Under the pieces are notes generated by a model. It saw only the letters and a list, made by a program, of their open reading frames with translations, was not told where the DNA came from and ran no database searches. DNA of 35,370 bases. Source: Cyanobacteria bacterium J06626_4. GTDB taxonomy: Bacteria > Cyanobacteriota > Cyanobacteriia > Phormidesmidales > Phormidesmidaceae. Positions 17,321-26,893 of the stretch are shown here, one piece after another. Position numbers and translations under genes: made by a program. Position 1 is the first letter of the stretch. Each line of letters begins with the position of its first letter. The stretch spans positions 1 to 35,370 of the forward strand of contig JBCBJQ010000062.1 in the NCBI GenBank assembly GCA_038523235.1. Direction: 5' to 3'.

Positions 17321-18520
17321 TTAGGCCGACAGCGCAAACACGGGCTCAGACTGGGACTGCAGGACCCGTTGGTAAACCTGAGCCCAATTTTTTTGCTCAA
17401 CGGCGGGGGCGAGTTGGGTCAACACGGTGTCACGGGCTTGCTGGCCCAGTTTTTGGCGCAGGGCTGGCGATTGCAGCAATTGCCAGAGGGCATAGGCGAG
17501 GGCATGACTATTGCCGGGGGGCACAACGAGAGCGTTGCTGTGATCATGCAAGATTTCGCCGATGGCATCGACATCGGTACCGACGATGGCCCGTTCGGCC
17601 AGCATGGCTTCTAACATGGCGTTGGGGCAGCCGTCATGCAGTGAGGGTACGGCAAAGATATCGATGTAGGGCAGGTAGGCCAGCGCTTCGCGGCGGTCAA
17701 CCAAACCGGTGAGAATGACGCGATCGCGCAGGGGGCTATCGGCGACCTGCTGTTGCCAGTAGGTACGCTCGCGATCGGCGTAATCGCCGACCAGCAACAA
17801 GGTGATGGTCTGCTGGCGCGCCAGCTCAGCCCCCGCATCAAGCAAATATTCCAGCCCTTTTTTGTCGCGAAACCGCCCGACTGAACCAATGACGGTGCCC
17901 TGCAGGCGATCGTGGTGAGTGGGGGTGGGCAGATGAGCCAGATTCAGCGGTTGAATCGAGTTCCAAAAGGCGGTGACGCGGGGGCGCAGTTCGGGCACGA
18001 GCACACAGGCTCGCTCTTTCAGAGCATCGCTGACGCAGGTGACCCAGTCAGAATTGGCCAAAGTCCACGTGACTTGGCCATGCTGCTTGGGATTAAACAC
18101 GTGCTTGTGCAGGTCGCTGCCCCGCACGCTGTTGATGACGGGGACGCCCAACTCTTTAGCCAACAGAGTCGTCAAAAAGCCCGTTTCGTTGATAAAAAAG
18201 CCGTGGAACAGGCTGAACTGAAATTGCTGATGCAGCTGCTCCAGTAGGAAGTAAACTTCGCTGAGGAAGTCTTGCACGATGGGATTTTCAGAGCGAATGG
18301 CGGGGTATAGACGGTGCACGTAGAGGCCGTCTTGAATTTTAGACAGGCACTGCGATCGCCGCAGGGTGTCATCTTTACGCTGTTTGGAATGAAATACCGC
18401 CACATGCACTTCGTAGCCGATCGCCTGCATCATGCGAGCAATGCGAGCGACAGATTCGCCGACGCCGCCCACATCGGGCGGAAATTCTAAGGTGGTGATG
18501 CAAATACGTTGGGTCGTCAT
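17321..18520 (-). CDS. Glycosyltransferase family 4
   Basis: EFPPDVGGV, VGRFRDKKG, PSLHDGCPNAMLEAM, TDVDAIGE. Confidence 0.93.
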   Translation of the reverse strand: MTTQRICITTLEFPPDVGGVGESVARIARMMQAIGYEVHVAVFHSKQRKDDTLRRSQCLSKIQDGLYVHRLYPAIRSENPIVQDFLSEVYFLLEQLHQQFQFSLFHGFFINETGFLTTLLAKELGVPVINSVRGSDLHKHVFNPKQHGQVTWTLANSDWVTCVSDALKERACVLVPELRPRVTAFWNSIQPLNLAHLPTPTHHDRLQGTVIGSVGRFRDKKGLEYLLDAGAELARQQTITLLLVGDYADRERTYWQQQVADSPLRDRVILTGLVDRREALAYLPYIDIFAVPSLHDGCPNAMLEAMLAERAIVGTDVDAIGEILHDHSNALVVPPGNSHALAYALWQLLQSPALRQKLGQQARDTVLTQLAPAVEQKNWAQVYQRVLQSQSEPVFALSA

Positions 18521-18636
18521 GGGGGTTAGTCCAGTTAAGGTAATCAGGGGAAAAATGGGCGCTGCTGATTTGGGGGAATGAATTGAATCACTGACAGGAG
18601 GAACGACACGGGTTGACTCACTATCGAGAGCGGCGA

Positions 18637-18653
18637 GCGGGCAAGAGGCCCGC
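18637..18653. repeat. REP-like hairpin (GCGGGC-n5-GCCCGC)
   Basis: GCGGGC-AAGAG-GCCCGC in the intra-cluster spacer. Confidence 0.5.
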
Positions 18654-18742
18654 GGTCTAAAACACCGGATTCAGACTGTGATTCAGCAACGTCAAAAATG
18701 TTCAGTCGAGACGACAGCGCTCTGTCGCTAGCAGACGCTCGG

Positions 18743-19924
18743 TTAGGCCGCCTGCGAGGGAGCCACCCAGTCGCGCAAAATTTGGGCCGTTTGGGCGACG
18801 CCGTTCAGGTTGAACTGGATGGGGGTGGGCTGGGTTTGCAGATGCGCGACTATGCGCTGCGCCAGTCGCTGCGGCTGCAGATCAGCGGGCCGAATAATCG
18901 ACACGACGCCTAAGGCTTCGAGCCGCTCGGCCCGAATGGTTTGCTCTTGGTCACCGTTGCCAGTAAAGGGCAGCAGCATCGAGCGGGTGCCGGTTTTGAG
19001 CACGTTAAGCGTGGTGTTGTAGCCGCCCATATTGATCGAGAGATCGGCCTGCTGCATATAGCTGACCAGGTCAGGCGTATAGCGTTGAACGGTCAGGTTT
19101 GGGCAGGTTTGCGCCAGCTCTCGTAGGGGTTCATAAACGCTGTCAGGAGAAAACGGCCCGGCGAACAGGTGAATATGATGGGGAATCTGCGCCTGTAGAT
19201 AAGGGCTGGCCTGGGCGACGCAGTGCAGCAGCTGATGCCCAAAGCGCCCCCCGCCCACGGAGACCAGAATCGTCGGGGCGGAGACACGGGACTGAGCGCG
19301 GCGATCGCCCCCGGTGGCTAGCGGCAGGGGGGCCGCCGCCTGCACCACATAGCCGGTGTAATGGACGGCGCAGCGCAGGTCGGCCACGCGGGAAAAACTG
19401 CGCTCTAGCGGCATAAACTCCGGATCGCCGTGGATCAGCAGCAGGTCGAAATATTGGTTGATCAGCTTGCAGATTTTGGCTTCGTGGCGGGCCTGGTCTT
19501 GTTTGGTGACCACGATGTCACGCAGGCTAGAGACGATGCGCGCACCGCGATCGCGAGCGGCCTCAATGACGGGAATCAGTTCGGCAGAAAAGCGCCGTCG
19601 GCCAAAGGGAAACAGCTCCACCATAAAAATATCGGGCTGAAACTGCTCGACTACGGCGGTCATCTGTTGACAGCGGGCGCTGAAGACCGCCGGTAAACTG
19701 TCAAACCCTGGCGGCAGATGCAGTTCTGAAAATTCATCGTCGGTTTTGAGGGGCGGCAACTGCACGACCTCGACGCCAGGGGGAATGGGAAAGTCGGCGA
19801 TCGCTTCGCCGCCGTTGATAAAGCACACCTGGAAATCTGTCGTCAGGCCTTTGACGATTTCCATGCTGCGCATCAGATGACCGATGCCAAGAATGTGCTG
19901 GCAGTAAAACAATAAGCGTTTCAT
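18743..19924 (-). CDS. Predicted glycosyltransferase (COG4671 type, GT28-like C-terminal domain)
   Basis: FYCQHILGIGHLMR, VELFPFGRRRF, SLRDI, VSVGGG, MGGYNT, EQ..RA; ATG overlaps the upstream TGA (ATGA). Confidence 0.9.
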   Translation of the reverse strand: MKRLLFYCQHILGIGHLMRSMEIVKGLTTDFQVCFINGGEAIADFPIPPGVEVVQLPPLKTDDEFSELHLPPGFDSLPAVFSARCQQMTAVVEQFQPDIFMVELFPFGRRRFSAELIPVIEAARDRGARIVSSLRDIVVTKQDQARHEAKICKLINQYFDLLLIHGDPEFMPLERSFSRVADLRCAVHYTGYVVQAAAPLPLATGGDRRAQSRVSAPTILVSVGGGRFGHQLLHCVAQASPYLQAQIPHHIHLFAGPFSPDSVYEPLRELAQTCPNLTVQRYTPDLVSYMQQADLSINMGGYNTTLNVLKTGTRSMLLPFTGNGDQEQTIRAERLEALGVVSIIRPADLQPQRLAQRIVAHLQTQPTPIQFNLNGVAQTAQILRDWVAPSQAA

Positions 19925-21237
19925 CGGATAGCCGCCTCCAACGTAGGGGAAAGGGTGGTGGGCCAGAGCGGCTCGCGAGCGGGGGAGCGTAGGGCGTGCA
20001 GCAGCCAATCTTTAACCTGACCCACGTTGTTCTCAAGGGTGAAATTTTGGTGCACGGTGCGACTGCCGGCCTGACCGAGCCGCTGACGGAGCGCTGCATC
20101 CTGTTCAAGCTGCAGGAGAGCAGCAGTGAGGGCGGCGACATCTTTTTCGGGAATGAGTAGGCCGTTTTGCCCCGACTGCACCAGCTCGGTAATGCCCGAA
20201 ATCGCGGTAGATACCACCGGTACGCCTAAGGCCATCGCTTCTAACAACACGTTGGGAATGCCATCGCGATCACCGTCGTCAGTTACCAAACAGGGCAGCA
20301 CGAAGACATCGGCCTGACGATATTGCTCGATCACTTGGTCTTGGGTAAGCTGGCCGACCAGGGTGACTTGCTCCGCCAGCCCCAAAGCTTGAATTTGTGC
20401 TTCTAGGGCGGCTTGCAACGGCCCATAGCCTACTAGGTTGCAGTGAAAGTTAACCCCAGCGAGCCGCAACTGCTGGCAGGCTTCCAACAAGTAGGCAAAG
20501 CCTTTCTTTTCGCAAAACCGGCCAACTGATAGTAGCTGCAACGGTTGCGCCGCTGGGGCCGCCGCGGTCGAGGGTGACCCACCCCGTAAACGAGTGAACC
20601 GCGACAGGTCGATGCCGTGATAAGACAGGTGAATCGGTGTGTCAGAGGTGGAAATTGTGTTGAGATAGCGGCGATTGAAATCGGTGCAGGTCAGCACAAA
20701 CTCGGCGCTGCGCAGGCGGCGATCGAGGGCGGCGGGTTCAGTCAGATAAATGTCTTTGGCATGGGCCGTGATGCTAAAGGGCACGCCGCTCAAGCGCTGG
20801 GCAATCTCGGCGGTCGCAGCGGGAATGTTGGCAAAGTGAACATGCAGATGTTCAATGCCGAGGCGCTCTAATTCGGTGGCGAGATAGCAACCCTGTAAAA
20901 ACTCGTTAAAGCGGCGGCTTTCGGGGCGATCGCAGTAAAACTGTAGAGCTGCCATCAGCTGCTCGGAGTCACGCCGCCCCCAGGCCATCTGATTTTCGAT
21001 CAGCTGAGTTTCTTCGTCATGATGCCACTCAGGCAGTAGAGAAGGCAGGTAGGTAACGGGCGCTTGCAGCTGGCTTAGAGCGGGATGCTGGCGGCAAGCG
21101 GCGGGGCGACGCAGCGAGAAAATGTGCAGGTTTAGCCCCTGTCGCTCTAGCTCCAAAATTTCGTTCAAGATAAACGTTTCAGAAAGCTTAGGAAAGGTTT
21201 TGAGCAGGTACCCAATCACGGGTTTTTGAGCAGTCAT
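19921..21237 (-). CDS. Glycosyltransferase family 4 (WcaL-like)
   Basis: FPKLSETFILNE, HVHFA, TAHAKDIY, VGRFCEKKG, GDRDGIPNVLLEAMA. Confidence 0.93.
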   Translation of the reverse strand: MTAQKPVIGYLLKTFPKLSETFILNEILELERQGLNLHIFSLRRPAACRQHPALSQLQAPVTYLPSLLPEWHHDEETQLIENQMAWGRRDSEQLMAALQFYCDRPESRRFNEFLQGCYLATELERLGIEHLHVHFANIPAATAEIAQRLSGVPFSITAHAKDIYLTEPAALDRRLRSAEFVLTCTDFNRRYLNTISTSDTPIHLSYHGIDLSRFTRLRGGSPSTAAAPAAQPLQLLSVGRFCEKKGFAYLLEACQQLRLAGVNFHCNLVGYGPLQAALEAQIQALGLAEQVTLVGQLTQDQVIEQYRQADVFVLPCLVTDDGDRDGIPNVLLEAMALGVPVVSTAISGITELVQSGQNGLLIPEKDVAALTAALLQLEQDAALRQRLGQAGSRTVHQNFTLENNVGQVKDWLLHALRSPAREPLWPTTLSPTLEAAIR

Positions 21238-21291
21238 AGCAGTGAGGAAATGAACAGCAAACGGAAACTATAGCCCTGTAACCCCAGCGCG

Positions 21292-22494
21292 CTAGGCGAC
21301 CAGTTCGGGCTGGCGCGGCGGCGCATGGACGAGCCCCAATAGCGCGGCTGTAATGCGGGGCAGGGCATTGAAATCGAGCAGATAACCGGGGGCCGACGAG
21401 TGGGCTTGCAGTTCTTGGCTCAGAGTTTGAGTCAGATAAGGCACGGTGAGCTGATCCGGATGGATCGTGGCGAATAGTCCTAATGCGGCCATCCGCCGAG
21501 CCCGAATCCACTGCTCTTCAACGGGGTCAATACGGGGCACCACGATCGCGCGCCGCTGCAGTGACAAAATTTCGCCGATGGTGTTGTAGCCGCCCATCGA
21601 GACGACTAAATCGGCCGCTGTGATATAGCTGGCCAGATCGTCAGTAAATTCCAGCCAGTGCAGATGGGACTGCTGCTCAATGCGCTGCCGCAGGTGCCGC
21701 TTTTGAGCTGCTGGCATCTCTGGGCCGCCGACAATGAGACTGATCAAGGGCTGATCAGGCACGATCGCGGCACTCGCATCGAGGTAAGTGTTAGCCAGGC
21801 GAAACCCATCGCCGCCGCCACCCGGTGTCACCAATATCAGCCGGTCGGCGGCAGTGACGCTCAGCGAGCGTCGCACCTCGGCTGCCGAGCGCAGCCCTTG
21901 ACCCCGGCGAATGTAGCCCATAAAGCGGGTCTTGGCCTGCAGCTCAGGAGAGAACTGATATACCCTAGGCGCGTCAAAAATATGGGGACTGCCGACAATC
22001 CACACTTGGTCATAGCGGGTGGTTGCCAGGGTGTAGTAGTTTTCGCGCTGCCACTGGGCGATCGTGGCAGCGGGACTGTCGAGGATATCGCGCAGCAGCA
22101 GGATCAGCCGAGTCTGGGGCGAGTGCTGCTGCAAATAGTCCAGAGTGGGCTGCAGCTCTTTCCAGAGGCCATCGGGCTTTTTGTCGACGAGCAGGGCATC
22201 GGGCTGAAAGTTCGTAGCAGCAGTGCGAATCAGCTCGCCGCGAAGTTTAAGCGTGTCGGTCAGCTCAGTTCTGAGAAACTTAACGCCCATCTTGCCCTGG
22301 GCATCGCGGCCCAGACAAGGCAGTTTAATGTAGTCGAGCCCATCGGGCAGTCGGAGCTGATGCAGAGCGGGTGAACCTGAGACCACTAAAATCGAGACGT
22401 CAGGAATGGCTTTGAGCAAGTAGTCACAGATGGCGACCATGCGTCGGATATTGCCTAGCCCGAACGCATCGTGGGAATAGACCATTAACCTCAT
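21292..22494 (-). CDS. Predicted glycosyltransferase (COG4671 type)
   Basis: YSHDAFGLGNIRR, LLRDILD, TPGGGGDG, SMGGYNT, EQWIRA; alternative GTG start at 22497. Confidence 0.9.
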   Translation of the reverse strand: MRLMVYSHDAFGLGNIRRMVAICDYLLKAIPDVSILVVSGSPALHQLRLPDGLDYIKLPCLGRDAQGKMGVKFLRTELTDTLKLRGELIRTAATNFQPDALLVDKKPDGLWKELQPTLDYLQQHSPQTRLILLLRDILDSPAATIAQWQRENYYTLATTRYDQVWIVGSPHIFDAPRVYQFSPELQAKTRFMGYIRRGQGLRSAAEVRRSLSVTAADRLILVTPGGGGDGFRLANTYLDASAAIVPDQPLISLIVGGPEMPAAQKRHLRQRIEQQSHLHWLEFTDDLASYITAADLVVSMGGYNTIGEILSLQRRAIVVPRIDPVEEQWIRARRMAALGLFATIHPDQLTVPYLTQTLSQELQAHSSAPGYLLDFNALPRITAALLGLVHAPPRQPELVA

Positions 22495-22694
22495 CACGTA
22501 AGTCCCTTAGTGAGTGTGGAAGGAGCAAAACTGAGCGGTGGGAACACAGGTAGGTGATAATCGCCAACCCAGAACAGGGCCACAAAGTCGGGGTTAGTAA
22601 CGAAGCGCAACTGATGTGATGCCCTAACGATGGGTTTGTGTAGCCTAGGAGTAGGAACGGTTATCGTTCGATGTTTCTACTCTGCAATTCTTCT

Positions 22695-22767
22695 TTAAAG
22701 AAAAGATGAAGTTTTTGTGAGACCCACTTCATGAAGATTCATTAATCTTTGATGAGAAGATTCTTAG
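22695..22767. promoter_or_regulatory. OmpR-family-like tandem direct repeats upstream of the GT cluster
   Basis: TTAAAG (22695), ATGAAG (22706) and GTGAGA (22717) at exact 11-bp spacing, plus ATGAAG (22731) and ATGAGA (22752). Confidence 0.55.
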
Positions 22768-23231
22768 AAAAATCGGGCTTTCTCTTAGTTGAAATTTCGG
22801 AGATCTATACTTACGATTGAGTTGAGTCACTATGGCGCGAATAGAACAAATTGCTGCCGCTGCGGCTAGTTGAGAGCGAAGCAACGCCTGGGGCTGAATC
22901 TTTTGCACTGTTTGGGGCAGGGGTAATCATCTGTCGTCGGCATTCGTCACCTTTAAGCGCTGTCTTCAGCGATCGCTGACCAGCCCCTTGAGGAACCTTT
23001 TGACGCCTCAGGGCATCTGATCACCCATCTGAGGAACCTGCAAAGACCTTGAGGCAGAACTCAAGCAGTTTCCTCCGACTTTGGCCGCTGAACCCTAATT
23101 TTGGGAGAATCGGGTGCAACGCCCCCAAACATGAGGAGATGCCAGGGGCCATGTGTCAGTCCCATGAGACCATCACTCTGGGCATGACCCACGCTTCAAC
23201 ATCCGTGAGCCCTCTCTGTATCGGTTTGTGT

Positions 23232-24734
23232 ATGAGAAGTTCTATGCTGTTCCCACTCGCGTCAAAGAGCCCACCCCGATGGCCGCTCCGTCACTGGCTC
23301 AAAAAGATTAGACGCGAAACTCGTACCCGCATTTTGCTGGTTTACGCCGTGACGATGGTGGCGGTGGTCGCCGCCGCAGTGCCCCTCTTCCGTTATTTTT
23401 TATTTGCAGCAGTCGATGAGCGGGTACGGGCCGATCTGCAAGAAGAGCTCGAAGAATTTCAGCAATCTTATCGCGAGTGGAATGCTGACAGCCCCGGAAC
23501 GCAGGAGGCGCTGCTGGAGTTTATTGAGACATATCTGGAAAATGATTTACCCGAAGATGACAACTATCACATCGTGACGCTCAGGGGTGAATTTTATCAG
23601 TCGAGTCCGCGGCTCTTGCCGACGGCACTGGCTGATTCTGACTTGGCTCAGGAGTGGGCCAAGTTGCAAGAAACCGTATCCGCTAACGTCCCGACTGGTG
23701 ATCCTGAAGTCGGCAATATCTTGTATAAAACTCATGTGTTGGAAGTGGATGACGAGCCGTTGGGGGTTTTTATTGCAGCGCACCTGTCAGCCGGAGAACG
23801 CACTGAGGCCCTAGAAGGTGTTTTAATTTTTGCCCAAGTTGCTGGGGGCGTCGTGGGCGTGTCATTTTTGCTGGCGTGGCTAGTCAGTTATCAACTGCTG
23901 CGGCCAGTGCAACAGCTGGCCAAAACGGCTAAAGGCATCAATGAGACGAATCTGTCGGAGCGGTTAGAGATTCATGGGTCAGGCGAACTCGCCGAATTGG
24001 CCACGACCTTTAACACCATGATGGATCGGGTGCAAACGGCTTTTGATACACAACGCAGCTTCATTCACGATGCCAGTCATGAACTCCGCACCCCGTTGAC
24101 CATCATTCAAGGTCATTTAGAACTGATGGATGATGACCCTCAAGAGCAGCAGGAAACGCTAGCCTTGGTCATGGATGAGTTAGCGCGAATGGGACGATTC
24201 GTGAATGATTTACTGCTGTTAGCTAAGGCAGAACGGCCTGACTTTTTGCAATTAGAAACGCTGCATGCGATCGCGTTTATGCCCGAGATGTTTGCCAAAA
24301 TTCAGCCGTTGGGCGATCGCGACTGGCAGCTGAGTACTCGCTGGGCGGGCAAGTTTGTGGCCGATCGTCAGTGGCTAACTGGGGCCCTGGTGAACTTAGC
24401 GCAAAATGCTGTGGAACATACCTGCCCCAACGATGTGATTGAGTTGGGCGTTGAGCACATCAATAGTCAGGTGCGATTTTGGGTGCGTGACACGGGCGAG
24501 GGCATTTCCTTGGCTGACCAGACCCGAATTTTTGATCGCTTTGCGCGAGCGGCTAATACTTATCGCCGGTCAGAAGGGGCAGGCCTAGGACTGGCGATCG
24601 TCAAAACGATTGCTGAAGCCCATGGCGGTCATATTGAACTCAGCAGTCAAGTGGGCGTGGGCTCGACCTTCAACTTGATTTTGCCGATCGATAGATTGGC
24701 TCCGGTGGCTCTCCCAACAGAGAATGTGAGCTAA
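23232..24734 (+). CDS. HAMP-domain sensor histidine kinase
   Basis: Two TM helices with periplasmic domain, HAMP, DASHELRTPL, NLAQNA, DTGEG, GAGLGLAIV. Start uncertain (23232 or 23244); stop overlaps the next ATG (TAATG). Confidence 0.93.
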   Translation: MRSSMLFPLASKSPPRWPLRHWLKKIRRETRTRILLVYAVTMVAVVAAAVPLFRYFLFAAVDERVRADLQEELEEFQQSYREWNADSPGTQEALLEFIETYLENDLPEDDNYHIVTLRGEFYQSSPRLLPTALADSDLAQEWAKLQETVSANVPTGDPEVGNILYKTHVLEVDDEPLGVFIAAHLSAGERTEALEGVLIFAQVAGGVVGVSFLLAWLVSYQLLRPVQQLAKTAKGINETNLSERLEIHGSGELAELATTFNTMMDRVQTAFDTQRSFIHDASHELRTPLTIIQGHLELMDDDPQEQQETLALVMDELARMGRFVNDLLLLAKAERPDFLQLETLHAIAFMPEMFAKIQPLGDRDWQLSTRWAGKFVADRQWLTGALVNLAQNAVEHTCPNDVIELGVEHINSQVRFWVRDTGEGISLADQTRIFDRFARAANTYRRSEGAGLGLAIVKTIAEAHGGHIELSSQVGVGSTFNLILPIDRLAPVALPTENVS

Positions 24735-25408
24735 TGACTCACATTCTGGTTGTGGAGGATGAAGTGCGGATTGCCGCCTTTGTGAAAAAAGGATTGGTCT
24801 CCAATGGTTTCACGATTTCGGTGGCGGGTAACAGCGAAGAAGCGTCCGCAATCTCTTTAGATGGTCAAATCGATTTGATGATTTTAGATCTGGGAATTCC
24901 AGGCCGCGATGGCCTGGAATTGCTTGAAGATCTGCGGGGCCAGGGGTTTTTAGCCCCGATTATTATTTTGACAGCGCGGGACGATATTCAAGACAAAATC
25001 AGCGGCTTTGAGCGGGGGGCCGATGACTATATGACCAAACCCTTTCGCTTCGAAGAGCTGCTGGTAAGGGTGCGGGCGCGACTCCGAACAGTGGTAACGG
25101 CGGCCCATGATAGCCAGAGCAATATGTTGTTAGCAGTCGGGCCTTTAGTGCTTGATTTGCGGACTCGACGGCTTCAGGTCGAGGGCCAAACGATTGATCT
25201 CTCAGCCCGTGAATTCACCCTGGCAGAAACGTTTTTGCGCCACCCGAATCAAGTCATGAGTCGTGAGCAACTGTTGGATACGGTTTGGGGCTATGACTAT
25301 GCGCCTGGCTCTAATATTGTTGATGTTTATGTGGGGTATTTGCGCAAAAAGTTCGGGGATGGCCTGATTGAAACGGTTAGAGGTATGGGCTATCGTCTCC
25401 GCCCGTGA
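24734..25408 (+). CDS. OmpR/PhoB-family response regulator
   Basis: VVEDE, ILDLG, GADDYMTKPF, winged helix VDVYVGYLRKK...ETVRGMGY. Confidence 0.96.
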   Translation: MTHILVVEDEVRIAAFVKKGLVSNGFTISVAGNSEEASAISLDGQIDLMILDLGIPGRDGLELLEDLRGQGFLAPIIILTARDDIQDKISGFERGADDYMTKPFRFEELLVRVRARLRTVVTAAHDSQSNMLLAVGPLVLDLRTRRLQVEGQTIDLSAREFTLAETFLRHPNQVMSREQLLDTVWGYDYAPGSNIVDVYVGYLRKKFGDGLIETVRGMGYRLRP

Positions 25409-25548
25409 GAAAACTTTCATCTGCAATCAATGCTGACCTTAACTGAGCCACTTTTACTGTAAGGAAGCAACCCGTAAATTTTTATTAAGCAAAGAATTTA
25501 TCAGCGTAGGGTTGCTTAGCTGTAGTACGCATTACCCTACCAGAGAGT

Positions 25549-25941
25549 ATGAGTCGCATTTTGATTGCAGAAGATGAACCCAGAATTGTCGCTTTTATCA
25601 ACAAAGCACTTACGCGCTCAGGGTTTACAACTGAAGTCGCTGGCAATGGCCATACGGTGTTGCAAAAAGTACAAGAAGAAAATTTTGATCTCTTACTACT
25701 AGATCTGGGGTTGCCGGGCAAAGACGGGATCGCTATCTTACGGGAAATGCATCAACAAGGCCACACGGTACCCGTCATTGTGGTGACAGCCCGTGAGATT
25801 GAAGCCATTGATCGGCAACTGTTTTGTCTGTTTGATGCGGCCATTATCAGCAAACCTTTTCTGGTGAAAGCACTCCTCAGCAAGATTCATGAACGGCTGA
25901 ACGCTCCATCAGAAAACTCTGAATCGGAGACGACGGATTAG
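25549..25941 (+). CDS. Single-domain response regulator (receiver only)
   Basis: IAEDE, LLDLGLPG, VTA, KPF; no output domain. Confidence 0.88.
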   Translation: MSRILIAEDEPRIVAFINKALTRSGFTTEVAGNGHTVLQKVQEENFDLLLLDLGLPGKDGIAILREMHQQGHTVPVIVVTAREIEAIDRQLFCLFDAAIISKPFLVKALLSKIHERLNAPSENSESETTD

Positions 25942-26893
25942 ACAAGCCTGACTTCCAGAACTCACCGGTCGGGGGAGGCGACCTCGACCAGTAACCGGTT
26001 CCGCGATCGCACTCGCAACCCCAGTCATCACCCACACCCCACATTTTCGCCATAGATCAAATCGGCCAACACACCCCAACAGTCTCAAGAGGGGACTTAA
26101 AAAGCTCAAACAAAGTCCTTTTTTGGAGTTTATGAGTCTTACTAAGAGACCCGCTGTCCCTCGTTCGAATGGATGATGTGGTGAGTCAATTCACGCCGAT
26201 CGCAGGGGACAGTTCATTGCGCTCTAATTGTTGCCACTTGCGCACAGCGACAGCGCTATCTTGGTCAGTTTGCTATGCAAGACGGGACTCATTCGATGCT
26301 TTTTGAGTCCAAAAAGTGGAGTGAAGAGACTTTCCGAAAGACTAGCTTGTTTCCTGAAGATCGCTCTGCGGATGATTTCTGAACGGGATGCGACTACTAT
26401 TGTGGCGATTGCGAGTGGCTGCGATCGCCCTTCTCTGGCCCATGGAGAAGCGGTGTTAAATTTAGTCCAAAATCAGTCCAAGATCTATTCGACAATCTCA
26501 GAGCCTCGTTTCAAGAACGATCTGGGCGATCAGAGTAGTTGCGGCATACGCAACTACTCATGCGAGGGCACTATCGGAACGATTGAAGGCACATACATCT
26601 CTCTGCTCCAAGTAACTATTGAGCTCCTTTCGTTCGAGCAGCTCCGCTAATGTGTGGCACGTTTTAGAGAGTTATTGAAGCGGCCATTTTTGAGCGAGGA
26701 TGCATGCAGAGGAATAAGATTCTAACGACCTATCGCACTGAAAAATCATTCAAGCAAAGTCTGGAATGCCCAGCACATAAGCTTTTGAGAGCATAAGGCC
26801 GATTCTTATACGGCTCGAGACCACACCCCAAATGCAGTTAGGAGCAAACCCCTACATGGGTAACCTTACCCTTAACTGCATTCTAGGTCGGGG

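Noticed and set aside
21658..22374. 238-aa + strand ORF and other long antisense ORFs within the GT and protease genes
   Set aside because: Shadow ORFs of well-supported GC-rich genes.
22860..22960. c-di-AMP (ydaO) riboswitch-like GGGGCTGAATC
   Set aside because: The downstream CCCGAA and CAGCTAAC elements are missing.
26228..26650. 140-aa ORF
   Set aside because: TTG start, no RBS, atypical composition and no motifs.
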